NCBI GenBank assembly: GCA_964016885.1
Contig: OZ024741.1
Location: 162,998,001-163,062,000 of the forward strand
DNA length: 64,000 nucleotides
Source of the DNA: Eledone cirrhosa
Taxonomy: Eukaryota
Reading direction: 5' to 3'
Every line of letters starts with the position of its first letter. Position 1 is the first letter of the stretch. Under the pieces are notes generated by a model. The model did no database searches and was not told where the DNA came from. It saw nothing but the letters and a program-made list of their open reading frames with translations. Of the stretch, positions 39,290-52,646 are shown piece after piece. The translations under genes were made by a program, and so were the position numbers.

Positions 39290-39782
39290 TGAAACAAAAT
39301 GAAAACGAAATTTCATTTCTCACTCTTAGTATGGCACTTACTTAAATGTAAGTATGCATGTATACGTACATACATATATGTATACAGACGTACAGTAGCA
39401 TGCACATATATATATATATATATACATATATATATACATATGCATACAGGTACACATACATATATGCACGTATCAGTTTAGCGGCGCTTATTATAACGTC
39501 GCTTTGTTCGTTTGTAAACAAACTGAACAGCCTGAATTTATGCCATACGGTGTTAAGGCAACCACGTCACCTTTTTGTTCAACACTGACACAGGAACGAT
39601 GTACTAGTTTCAAGCTTGTTAGCTATCATCAGCACCGTTTACCCATCTGCCAGATAGTTGAACGTTCGAAAGTATATACTTTCCTTATGAAAATTAACGG
39701 CTGAGCAGCCTAATTTGCATATTGAGTGAGTTAAATCGGTCAGGCATACCGAAAACGATAAATTGAAACAAAATGAAAACGA
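39284..39782 (-). mobile_element. 474-bp monomer plus 25-bp terminal direct repeat between (TA)n arrays
   Basis: ATAAATTGAAACAAAATGAAAACGA at 39284 and 39758; contains a hammerhead. Confidence 0.8.
39597..39637 (-). ncRNA. 41-nt minimal type-I hammerhead ribozyme, GUA site
   Basis: CGGTG-CTGATGA-t-AGCT aaca AGCT-t-GAAA-CTAG-TA-CATCG; helix III is the ACTAGT palindrome. Confidence 0.85.
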
Positions 39783-41150
39783 TATATATATATATATATA
39801 TATATATGGTGGGTATACGGTGGGAACACAGGAACGACTAAGAACACCCTGAAAAGAACTGAAAACAAGCTGAAACGGCTGAACTCATCGTTGGATTCTA
39901 CCGTGTGCGTGTGTGTGTGCGTGCGTGTGCGTTAGTGTGTATGTATATGCGTGTGTGTGTGTGCGCGTGCGTGCGTGTGTGTGTGTGTGTGCGTATGAAT
40001 GAGTATATTAAAGTTAAATTACCGAATGTTGACGCATCTTATTACGTACCAACAAACTCTACAAGCTTTCTTATTGTTTCCTGATAGGAAACTCAACTCT
40101 CTGATCTCCAAATGACTTCTGGCTTTCTGGAAATGAGACGTTGGAGGAAATGAGAAGAAGAAAAATGATTATCATGTAAGAACGGCTTTTTCTCTTGCTT
40201 AAATATCCCGCAGCGTATTGCAATCATTGTGCCTATATTAGAAACCATTATTAAAATGCATTGTGTTATTTATTTTGGCTCTTTACATTCTGAGTTCAAA
40301 ATCCATTGAGGTTGACATTGCCCAGGGTTCATAAAATAAAGTACGATTTAAGCACTGGGTTTGAAAGAAATGACTTTTGCCTTCCCCCAAATTGCTACCC
40401 GAATATCGACTGTATTCTTCTACAAATTTTGCGTCCTCGGACTATGTATGAAATCAATATTTAAGAGATTAGGATGTGATTAAGAGATATATAGCTGTTA
40501 CATCTTGCAGGTCGAGTAATCAGGTAAAGAATCCGTTGTTGGGTGTGGATTATAGTGGAGTTGTTTTAAAAGTAGATCAGGATTGTTTGTTCTAAGGATC
40601 CATGCTGTTTTTGTCTATCCCTCAGTTAAATTTTATGCTAATTTTACTATTTGAGGGAATAATGTGTCTACATTTCAGGCTTATTTAGTAATTTGCATAT
40701 CAATCTATCCTGCCTGCGAATGTTAGTTTTAAAGTTACGTATGCATCTTTTCATATTTCATATGTTCTAGTACCAGCTATGTTTTTTTTCTTTTCCTTTT
40801 CTTTGTAATATTTATGGGAATTTTTGTATCGATCTCTTTGTTTCGTAAATATTTTCTGTCCAGTTTTAAGGGCTTTAGTCGCACTATAGTATAAATAATT
40901 TTGACAATTTAATCCATTATTCTAGTTGAAAAAAATTGTATTAAAGAAAACATGATGCAAACCCTCTGATCTCATTACGATAAAGACATGTCATTTCTAT
41001 TTCAGATGAGTACATACCAACAGCTGGATTGAATGTCAGGTTTCAGAAAAATTGTAGGCGGTGAAAGATACGTTTCCCGCTAACCCATCACTGTCAGGTT
41101 AAGTGAATGAATAAATCTCATCTTAAACACTAATATATATATATTAAACA

Positions 41151-41240
<90 letters not shown>

Positions 41241-41356
41241 TATACATATATATATATACATGACTGGGATTGGATATTGAATCATATATATATATATAAT
41301 CATATATGTGAGTGTGTGTGTTTTACTGCGTTTTGGGTGATCGATCACAAGCATTA

Positions 41357-41399
<43 letters not shown>

Positions 41400-41405
<6 letters not shown>

Positions 41406-41859
41406 ATTAAATAAATGGAAACTATATTTATAAAACCATATTTATTTCATTATATATATTTCGGGGATATCATATTAACAATATGCTATGCCTTCCTCAG
41501 ACAAATACAATATAAACAGTTTTATAGATAAATAGATTCGACATACCGTTATAACACCGACTTCCATTTGAAGAGGTTTAAGCTGCCAGCTTAAACCTCT
41601 TCAAATGGAAGTCGGTGTTATAACGGTATGTCGAATCTATTTATCTATAAAACTGTTTATATTGTATTTGTCTGAGGAAGGCATAGCATATTGTTAATAT
41701 GATATCCCCGAAATATATATAATGAAATAAATATGGTTTTATAAATATAGTTTCCATTTATTTAATATTGTAAATATACTCCAAATATTTGTCGAGTGCT
41801 TTTATATCAGTTATAAATATTTACTAGTTGTAACCCAACAATTTTAAATATAACTTTCC

Positions 41860-41860
<1 letters not shown>
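41400..41860. mobile_element. Fold-back element with about 186-bp palindrome arms and two hammerheads (41443-41507 minus, 41665-41729 plus)
   Basis: Arms 41400-41585 and 41587-41772 surround a 1-nt centre. Diverged relative of 37028-37471. Confidence 0.87.
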
Positions 41861-41899
<39 letters not shown>

Positions 41900-42349
41900 A
41901 GTTAGAAATATAATTGAAGTCTTAAAGAAGGATTATTTACAATAGTTGATAACATTACCGGCTTCACAAGTTTCGTGATTATCAAATGTTAAGGCATTTA
42001 GAAATATAAAGTAGAAATATATAAATGGCAAAAGAAGACAAATAGAAAAACAAAATAACAATGACTTTTTACCCAGTATATTCCAATATAATATTTCAGG
42101 GTTAAATCCCGCTTTTTAAATGCAAAATATAACCGGTGCAAAACAAAAGTGAACGCTGTATTCTCCCTTAACAAGTCTAGCTCTCTGGATTACGCATGCG
42201 TAGAACAATCATAGTAGTCACTCTGTCGATGATGACGTTCTTTTTTATGGCAGCTAGTGATAGGTGAACACTCCAATAAGAAACCATTAAAAACAGCCCC
42301 AGATGTTGGAGAATTTAGTCAAAGCAAAGCTTAGCCACCTTAGAAAGAG

Positions 42350-42900
42350 AAAGAGACAGCCTTGTCGGCCCTTCCCTGTTTCTTCCCAGCTGGGTAATAG
42401 AATACTCCAGAATTTCGGTTTCTATTGAATAACATACTTTGAAATGCCCCTTCTATTCGCCTTGCACTCTTGTTGCATATGTAAGCACACCACAGAAAAT
42501 AGCTTTGGGCGAGCTGGTCTCATCCATCTTGAGTAGAGGAGAAAAGACACTACGATCGTCTTGTGCTCAGCAATTTTGTTAGATTTCAAGAACTTCTTAG
42601 TATTTAATTTAAGTTCACTGCGTTACTTTGTATATTTGTCACTCAGTTTCTTTATTGATGATACTGGTACTCTCATGAGATATATTACTAACAACGCATA
42701 CACAGTTTTCAACGCATCAACCTCATATTGGGCTGTGGCACTGCAGTATGCTTTGTTCATTTAAACAAAATTTTGACTGAGGTCGACTTGGACAGTAACT
42801 TCATGTAGAGTATCAACTATTGCATATAGCTCCGATATCAAGCTGGATATTAGAGCTATAAAATATTTGTTGAAGGGAGTAAACTTAATAATTTATCGTA
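42350..42900 (-). mobile_element. Decayed RTE-like LINE remnant
   Basis: Minus strand trace MDETSSPKAIFCGVL...RVQGE*KGHFK resembles the RTE C-terminal MxxxRLPKxxxYGEL...GxRxxGxQ motif. Confidence 0.4.
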
Positions 42901-43255
42901 CATCTTATGGCTGATATAAAAATTTGACGAAAAATTTGAATTTGCTAGAGATACCATTCATCGTAGCAAAGTAGTGAATAAAGTTTCTGTCTTCCCAAGT
43001 AGTAAATAAATCAATGAAGAGCGCATTAAGAAGAGTAATCACTATTATCATTTCGTGTATTACTCGGTAATAGATAAGACTGCCGTAGCGCCAATAACGG
43101 AACTCTCAGACATAATATCCAATTATTTAGCAATTCCATTTCATCACATATATTAATGTTTCGGCTAAGTATTAATAAAACGTACACACACACACACACT
43201 CACACACGCACACACATATATATATATATATACATATATATACATATATATATAT

Positions 43256-43457
<202 letters not shown>

Positions 43458-43799
43458 TATATATGTATATATACATACGTGTGTCTCTGCTTATGTAAAG
43501 GTATATATTCGTGTATATTTGCATATATGTATGTTCTTCTAGTTTGTTTATTTTATAAATATTCACAGAGAGAGAGGGAGTGGGGGATAAAAAGAGAGAG
43601 AGAGAGAGAGAGTCGATTTCTAATATAGAAACAAAATACGTTGGAATTTTGACATCAACTAGGTAAATAGGTTTGTGTGTGTGTGTGGGTGTGTGTGTGT
43701 CCGTCCTTGTTTGGGTGTTATTGTATGCATGGATTTGTATATTTTATATGTCTAAACATGTATATGTACCTGTATCTGTATATGTGTAAATGCAGTTAT

Positions 43800-45260
43800 T
43801 ACATGCTGTGTTTCTGAAATGTGTTGTTTCTGGTTCTGTGAAGCCCAGCCTCTCAAGGTTTGTACTGAAGCAGTTAGTAATATACCTCAGAGGCCCTTTC
43901 ATCACAGATACATATCTAAAAGTATAGGCAGGGTGGAGTATTTGCAGATTCTTCATTAGTTCAGCATAATTGTTTTTTTCAATAATCTTTAGCATTATAT
44001 TGACATTTGCTGTGCAGCTGATTTCCACTTCTGGACATGCTTTCTTTTCATTGTTTCATATCACTAATTCTGGTCTGTTATGCTTACATTTTGTTGGGGT
44101 TTTGACTGGAACATTCCACCACTGACTACTCTTTCATATGTCCTCTACAACACTGTAACGTTTGATACATTTATTCTCAGGGTTATCTCCTGTACTGACT
44201 GCATTTTATTGTGATCTTTCTACTATATCAGGCCTCACAGATAGATGGTATCGCGATGACATGTTTGTAAAGCTATTTATGATGTGTGTAACGTCTTCGA
44301 TATTTATTCCGCAGCGTCTGCATCTGTTGTCACTTCTATGCGATTTGCCTGCATCCCTGTGTCTTTTGTGAATCAGGTATTTCGTAATTGCCTGTTCTTA
44401 GATTGTAAAAGCATATCCTTCAAAGTAAGAGCCAATATAACGGTTGATTGTCAAAGACTGCTTTGCGTATAACTTTGAGGTTTTCTGGTAACATAGCCGT
44501 GCATGAGTATTTGCTAAGTATGCAGCTTTTCATCCATGGACTCATTGCAGTATTGCTGTGCAATTTGAATGGGTGTAAGATTTTCGTTATTATGCAGGGA
44601 GTATTTCACAAGGAACTCATTCCTAACTTTCATGATGTTATCTGCTTCATGTAGAGAGACTTGCTCTATGGATGATATTCTATACTTGGTGGTTCGTAGA
44701 TGTAAAAATTATATTATACGACACTCAAATTCTGTTTGGACTGGTGTTAAGCCTCTGCCCTTTTATGCTTCAGGTATAGGCGGTCAATAATACTGTCGAT
44801 GTGGAAATTTCCGGTGCCTGTCAGAACCTTTGAGATTTGAACATCAATTACTCGGATCTCATCTAGCATCTGGTCAAGTTGTCCAAATGCTGGTGTTAAT
44901 TACAACAAAGACATTGTGGGCTACTGATTTATTGTGCTTCGAGCATTCAGAAAAAAATACTTTTCTTATTCGGATGTTACATTCACTGGTTATTTGTTCC
45001 TGGTTACAAAACACCACCATAAGATATATTTCCATCTATTCCTAAGTATCTGTAGCAGTCCTTGTCTGATACCAGTGAAACAGTCAGGCCATTTATAGAG
45101 ACACTGCTAAATTGACCAAATACATTCCTATATCTTTAGAAAACGTCGTAACCAGATCAAGGTATTTCTTCACACCATTCATCTTCTTGGCATATCACTT
45201 ACAAAGAATCTTTGTGTTAGATTAGTGTTTCTGGACTCACATGAACCAATTAAAGACTCT
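43800..45260 (-). mobile_element. Decayed RLE-type (R4/NeSL-like) non-LTR retrotransposon
   Basis: Fragments YLGIDGN, GRGLTPVQTEFE, CRRCGINIEDVTHII, HNRPELVI and EVEISC; many stops and frameshifts. Confidence 0.7.
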
Positions 45261-45360
45261 TCATATATCTTTAGCATAAAGGAAAAGGAGTTTATTAATA
45301 GTATAAATAGCACACAGAGATTGACACATTGAAATATAAACCTGCGATATTCTATTTTAT

Positions 45361-45411
<51 letters not shown>

Positions 45412-45415
<4 letters not shown>

Positions 45416-45604
45416 TGTTTCTACATTTGGCACAAGGCCAGCAATTACCCAGTGCATTACTGGTACTTTATTTTATCGACCCCGTAAGGATGAAAGGCAA
45501 AGTTAACCTCGGCGAGATTTGAACTCAGATCATAAAGGGACGTAACTCTATGCTTCAAAGCATAGTGTCCGACTCTCTACCGATAATGCCAATCCACCGC
45601 CCTC
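45412..45604 (-). mobile_element. Near-complete tRNA-SINE flanked by (TAA)n on both sides
   Basis: Head GAGGGCGGTGGATTGGCATTATCGGTAGAG...GAGTTCAAATCTCG, then the core, then a (TTA)n tail at 45364-45414. Confidence 0.8.
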
Positions 45605-45651
<47 letters not shown>

Positions 45652-45900
45652 CTTTCTTTATTAACCACAAGGGTTTACATAAGGTAGACATTAAGGACAG
45701 TACAGGACAATACAGGGCGGAACAAATGGGCATTTCAGCGTGTAAAAAACAAGAAACAGGGGATGTAATAATAGAACAATGAAAAAATTCCCCAATAGGG
45801 GGGAGACTTCCGAGGGACATTCGTGGAGAAAGCCCATTAAAAAGCCACAGTGACCCTGACCACCAGGGCAAGTGCCCTCTCCCAGTTTTCCAGCTTTAAT

Positions 45901-48900
45901 TTACAGACACATACTCAGAGTAGGCCCATTCACTCGGGCCATTCTTGCCTCTTTCACCCATCTTTCAACAAAATGCTGGGAAGAGAGCACTTCCCTTTCT
46001 ACCCTGATTTTCCTTTTTAAATTAAAAAGTTAATCAGGGCATCACTGAAGAGGTAAGTGCTCGTCTTCAGCCCTTTCAAACGTGTCCACCGTACTATCTC
46101 TTTCGCCATGGCCACCAGACAGATAAACACTTCCTGCCCTTCCCGGCTAAAGGAAGAGGGCGGGGCAATCCTCACGATGGACTCAGCTGATAGCTGGATC
46201 CGTCCTACACGCGACAGCAGGTGTTCGACATAAACCCACAAGTCAGCAATGCTCGGACACTGGACGAGTGCGTGCAGGACAGTTTCGTCGCCCTGCGCGC
46301 ATCTCGGACATGCCCGGATGACGGCACCTCTAATGCCTGTAGAGTTTATCCCGAACAGGCAAAGCTCCTCGGTAGCACTGCCAGGCCAGGGATTTCTGGA
46401 AATTGTCCATAGGCCCCGGCCCGAAAGTTCTTCCGAAGAAATTGGCTAGTTGATTTTCGTCGACGACTAGAGTTTCCCCAAGTACGTCGTCGCTCTTCCC
46501 CTCCACTAATCCTCTATAGAATGCCAAGGTGGAGTTTTCACCGATCACATTGCCCGACTGGTCGAGGGCCGTGAGCGCCTGAAGACATTCCAGTCTCCAA
46601 GCGCTCCCTCTCGGTTTCGCTTGACCCAGGACTGCAGCTCCGTGAAGGAGACGAGATGAGAAAAGACTCGTCTAGCAAACGGCGATCACACCTGATCACC
46701 ATCGAGGAAGAGGTGGAGATGTCGTAGCCGGAGCGCGGGTCTGCGCTTCATCAACTACGGCATGCCCAGCCCTCCACGTAGCGGGTGTTGACAGCAGATG
46801 GACCGCCTAACCATCGGAGCGCGTCCCATCCACAAAAAGCGAAATGACAAACGCTCCAGTGCAGTCAGGCGAGGCTTAGGACAATACACGACGGTCAGGC
46901 AGTAGTAGATGACGGACACGATGTACGCATTCGCCACCTTCGCTCCACATTTCAGGGATAGCTTCCTCTCTGTCCATTTCTGGGTGAGAGAAGCCACCCT
47001 GCTCGTCACCTCGTCCCAGTTTTTGTCCGTCTGGAGGTCCGGACCAAACGTGACCCCTAGCAATTTAACTGGTCCGTCCGTCCAGCGCCCGACGACGCTG
47101 TTGGAAGGCATGGACCTGCCTCTCCAGGTGCCGAACTGCAGGTCCACCGACTTTTCCTGGTTGATCATTGCTCCGGCCACCGCTTCGTATTCCCTTAGTG
47201 TGGTGCTGATCGCCTCGATGTGTTTGGCGTTCGACACTACTACGGTGACATCGTCCGCATATGCTGACACGGATCTTCCGCATCCTAGTTCGCGCGGGCC
47301 CCCCTCAACGTCTCCAGTTTGTGCAGTAATGGCTCGGGAGTCAATACGTACAAGAGGGACGAGAGGGGACATACTTGGCGGACCGAGCGCAGGATGTTGA
47401 ACGGTTCCGAAAAGTGACCCTTCACTCTCACCACAGAGCAGATGTCGCTGTGCATGGCAGCGATCCAGCCTCTGAAGACGGGCCGAAAGCGAGCCGCCCT
47501 CAGGACTGCTGCCAGATAACGATGGTCGACCCTATCGAAAGCTTTCGACTGATCTAAATTGATCAAAATCCCACCCGTTCCAGGTTCCCTAGCTACCCTC
47601 TCAACGATGTATCGCATGAGGTGGAGGTTGTCGTGATCTGTTTGGAATGGCGCATGTCTGCGCCTCTTCCACCAGACCACCAACGACAAGCGCCAACCTC
47701 TCTGCTAGCACCTTGGCCAAAATCTTGAACTCTGTGTTTAGCAGATTTATGGGCCTAAAATTATCTATGTTCTCCCCCTTGTTCGGATCCTTTCTCAGCA
47801 GCGCCACTGCTCCTCGGCTCACAGAGCTGGGAATTCTTCCGTTCTGTTGCCAGTTGCAGTAGACGTCCGCCAAGAAGCCTCCGAACAAGTCTGGCATCTG
47901 TACGTAAAGTTCATAGGGCAGACCATCCAAACCAGGCGATTTAACCCTTGTGCTGCCAGTCATTGCCTCCCGTACTTCACCTGCTGTTATCGGCTTTTCG
48001 CAGCACTCCGCCTCAGTGGCCGAGAGCCGCGGAAGTCCGTCGAGGTAGGCACTAAAGTCTATCTCTCGATCCGGCCCGCCGTTGCCCCCGAACAGCTGAG
48101 CGAAGTGTCTCTGAAAAGCTTCACACATTTTCCCGGGATCGAGTAACATGCGCCCGTCGTGCTCCACCAAAGACCGGACGTGGCTTTGTTGCCACAACGC
48201 GCCTCCGCCACTCGGACCCATTGAACGAATTTCGTCTCCTCGTGTCTGAGAGCACGCACCCTAGCTATGACAACGCAGCCCTCGTGCTTTGCATTGAAGA
48301 ATTGGTCAAGGGCCAATTTCGCCGCAAGTACGTCGGTCGCGATGCCTTTGCTAAGCGCCTTGTCTAATTTTCTAACTAGTTCTCCCTCTGCTCTATTTTT
48401 CACTATTGCTAAAGCCTTACTAAACCTAATGGACTCTATTCTAATCGCTCTTTTCAGAGCAAACGACCATTTGTTGTTGACGATGGCCCCCGTCAACGCC
48501 AACTTAACTAGTTCGCTAATCTGGTCTCTGTAGGCCTTGCGAGCTGTTAATGACGCGTTTAGCTTCCAGTAGCCGGGTCCTTGTCTATCAAGCCTATCTT
48601 TTTCAAGCACACAGATGACGAATTTGTGGTCCGTGTAGCTGACTATCTTGAATTCTGGACAGCCTATGCTAGACCTATCTATTTCCCTACAAAATACTCT
48701 ATCTAGATATGATCTGGATGACCCGATACGGTTTGTCCAAGTCAACATTGGCACATTCGGGAAATCCAATCGGTACCTGTCAGACAGTTCAAAACGCCTG
48801 AGCAGGTTGGTGAGGATCTTGCCCCCTCCTCCCCTATCCGCTACCCCCACACAATCCCAGCGTGCATCTAAAATCCCGTTCCAGTCGCCCACTAACACTA

Positions 48901-49299
48901 GAGAAGGGTGTTCCAAGAAAGGTCTCCAGAGGCCCTAATAATTCACGCTGTCCTGCTCCTGTTGGAGCATAGGCGGCCACTAGCCTGAAAGCTTGTCCTT
49001 CTCTTCTGGTCACGTCCAGTACCACCAACTTACCCTCTGGGTACAAGAAGACGGCCTGTATCTCGAGATCCAAACTTCTTCGGAACAACACGTCCGCTCC
49101 CCCCTTCCACCCAGATCCGGGGCGGCTTGGAGATGTGTACATCTCGTAGCCGCCGAAAATGGGTGCGAATGCCCGTGCCTCGGAGATTCTGGTCTCACTG
49201 ATGGCCACCACATCTATGTTTAGCGACCTAACATCGTTTAGCAGGTGGCCCTGCTTCCAGGCCACGTACATTTATGCTACCTATTCTGAGAGAAGCCAT
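45901..49299 (-). pseudogene. LINE ORF2: AP endonuclease + reverse transcriptase + zinc finger, multiple frameshifts
   Basis: MASLRIGSINVRGL, DVVAISETR, LVGDWN, SRSYLDRVF, SYTDHK, GPGYWKLN, KSPGLDGLP, NFRPINLLN, LDQSKAFDRVDH, VRQVCPLS, AYADDV, GGLGMP and CPRCAQGDETVLHALVQC. Confidence 0.92.
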
Positions 49300-49348
49300 G
49301 TTGGCTAGGATAGGAGGAAAAGAAGTGAGAGGGGAGAGGTACAAAAAA

Positions 49349-51157
49349 TTACATGTGGCTCTTCCTTAGGAAGGGGGTCAGAGATCTATCTCTCCGACCA
49401 TTGGTGGGTTTCTCCACAAGAATATCCGTGAATATTCTTTTCGTGATGTTCCCTCGGTAGTCTCCAATTGATGTGGGGAACATTTTTTTAAATGTTATGT
49501 AATTTTTTTGTGTAATTTCTATTATTTTTCATGTGTGTGGGGGTGCAATTTTGGCGGTTTGTACGTAGTTTGTTTCTGTGATGTTGGTGTGGCGTTAAAT
49601 GTAATTTAAAAGCTTTGTTTTGTCTTTGTCTATGGCTATGTATTGTGTCTGCTGTTTGGGTGTTGGTACTTTCTGTGTTTGCTGTCGTGTTGTTGGAGGT
49701 GACGATGGGATAGATGCTAAGGGTGGTGTTGGTGGTGGTGGTGGTGGTGATGGTGTAGGTGGTTGTGGTGGTGTGGCTGTTGATGGTGATGGAGGAGGGG
49801 GAGTAGTTGTCATTTTTTTTTAGGGTTCTTTCTTCCACTTTTTTGGGGCGGGGGGGTGAGCTTAGGGAGTTCTTCCTTTTTTTTTTTGAATAGTTCTCCA
49901 CTCTTCGGCCTCATCCCACTTCTTGTCCGATTTAGCTATATCAGGAAGGGGTATGCTTTCCATTGGTTCTGTGGGTGGTGGAAGAGATGGTGTTTTTGTT
50001 GTTGGGGATGGTGATTTCTCTTCTGCCACTGTGTTCTTTGTTTGTTTGTCTGCTCCAGTTACGGGGCACGGCGTGGGGAGAAGGGGTGGGCGCTTGCCTG
50101 TTTTGGTAAGTTTGGGCAGAATGCCTTAAGGTGCGTCTTGTCACCGTATCCATGACACCTTGGGCGCCTACCTTCGGCAGTCACGGGTAGATGTCTGCCG
50201 TCGTCTAGGTCTATTACATCGGGGATGGCCTCAATGCTCTCATGGTTTGCTTGGATGATTAGCTCCATCCCCGACCCTGTCCAATTTTCCTGTTTTATTC
50301 GCATGACGTTGAGTATGGTTGTTGAATCCTAAACGTCAGCGAGGACGGCTGCCGTCAACCACGCCATCTCCATTGAGGGCCGAACCTGGCCTACTCGAAC
50401 CCAGACGAATCTGTGGCCGCAGTATGTGGGCAGCATTATGATTTCGTCACTACGGAGTGGCGCAATGGAGTGTGCTCTGGCTTCCTCTGGTGTAGCGAAG
50501 AGCACATCCACACTGCCATATCTCGATCCCCAGGCCGTATATATTTTCTCTGCTCAGATGGTGCCCATAGCTCTTTGGACCTGTGACACCATTGCCCGTT
50601 CAAATCCCCGCGATTTTGATCCGATCGTGCGATAACTGACCGAACACAAAAGTTTCTTTCTTACTATCTCAGCTGGGCGAGTGAGACTTACTCTGTGTCT
50701 GGTCTTTTTAACCAAGACCTTTGCTTGTTTTATCTCTTCGTTAGTGATGTGTATTTGTTCAAAATTGTTTGTCGCTTTAGCGAAAGACGTGTTTGTTTTG
50801 ATTTGTGTTGACTCGTCACTAGTTTTGTCTTTGTTGCCGTCGTTGGTGTTTTTGTTTGTTTCTTCTTCCTCTGTGTTGCTGCTGTTATAGTTGTTGTTCT
50901 TTGGGTTCTTTATGGCTGTTGCTGTTGTTATTGTTGTTATTGGGGTAGTCGTGGTTGTGTTTGATACAGTGGTTGTGTTTGTAACGCAGGAACATTTTTG
51001 ATATAATTTCCACTACTGCTACTACAGTTCCAGTGGCTGCTGCTGCTGTTGTCACTACAACTGTCGCTGTCGCTGCTGCTGCTGTTTCTCTTGTTTTTTA
51101 CTTTGCCTCCGAACAACTCGCTGTTCCTCCCTGTGGACAATTTTCTTTGTCTGCCAT
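49349..51157 (-). pseudogene. LINE ORF1 (RRM-like region + zinc knuckle), disrupted; 3' end approximate
   Basis: Starts MADKENC. Includes GSVDVLFATPEEA, VRVGQV and EGRRPRCHGYGDKTHLKAFCP (decayed CCHC), with low-complexity T/N-rich flanks and stops. Confidence 0.75.
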
Positions 51158-51392
51158 GTTTTTTTAGAACAAAATGTTGGGGTTATGATTGTAAATAAAA
51201 GCAAATTTATCCCTCAAGGGCGCGAGATACAATTAAAGAACCACCTCCTTTGACAGAGGGGTTCTTTAACTACACACCGATGTAAAATAATATTATTAGA
51301 ACTTTCGATAACTCATAAAAATTCAACTAACTTACTCCGCCGTAGTTACTGCCCTCTTATAATAATAACAACAAATAATAATAATAATAATA

Positions 51393-51480
<88 letters not shown>

Positions 51481-52581
51481 GTGTGCGTGTGTGTGTATTC
51501 ATTATGTTCTGTCTAATATATATTCTCTATCCAATTTAATATGCGAAGTGGTAGTTTACTCTTTATATAGTATATGAACAAAATGTTTGCAATGTTCCCT
51601 AATATTTTCAGAAAACATTAAAGTTGATTTTATTCATTAAAGTACAATATTATTAAACAGGTTCCCCTGATTATTCTACATGTCGGAATATTAGCGCTTA
51701 CACGAGGGTGGTGGATTGGCTGAATTGCTAAAGCATCAAATAAAATGCCACTGTGGGATATGTTCTGGATCTTCACTCTTTGCTTTCTGAGTTCAAGTCC
51801 CGCCGAGATAAACATCGCCTTTCATCTTTCTGCGGTTGACAAATAAATTACCAGTCAAATACTGTGGTTGATTTAATCAATTTTGCCCTTTCCCAAATTT
51901 GCTATCAAAATATTTTCTTTACCAAGGAGCAAATGTCTATGATAGCGAAATTTGACTTCGATTTCTAACAGTTCTATTGACCACGTAGAATAATTTTCTT
52001 TGACTCAACTGAGAAATAAACATAGTGTAGTAACTACATTTTACCTTTCACAACGTGGTTTAATTAATTATCTTTAGAAAAAATTTAAACCTTACATTAC
52101 TTAGAGGCTGCACACAACGTTTTGCATTAGAGATCTGGCAATTACTTATATAACCAGTTTAAACATCACGAAGACTATTTAGGAAACAGTCCAGCTCATG
52201 AAAATATATTTTAAGTATCATATATATATGATACATCATGTTAAGATACCTTCGAGACAACACATTTGTGAAGCATGCCGCAAGCGTATCGTTTCATCGT
52301 TCGCTGAAAAATGTTTTCTTTGGTGTGATAGAGTGCTCCGATGTTGTTATTTTCAGAGAAAAATAAACAACAAAAATACAACTATATGATAACGTCTTAA
52401 AATGCTCTAAGCATATTAACACTTTATAAAGTTTCTATATGCTTTAATGTACTGAAATCTTTCGTAAATACATATAATCCGTTTTACTATTTATGTATAT
52501 ATGCTGTGTGCAATTGTGCGTGTATCTATAATCATCTATGTGTGTGTCCCCGCATGTATTTATGTGAATATTCTTGGGAGA

Positions 52582-52646
<65 letters not shown>

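Larger units (their letters stand above)
45651..51347 (-). mobile_element. Full-length Tx1/L1-type LINE, inactivated
   Basis: ORF1 and APE-RT ORF2, AATAAA followed by an (ATT)n tail, and a probable TSD (ACCGCCCTCTAATAATA at 45596-45612, ACTGCCCTCTTATAATA at 51348-51364). Confidence 0.88.

Noticed and set aside
41006-41097. AG...GT-bounded exon-like segment
   Set aside because: Stops in all three frames and no partner exons.
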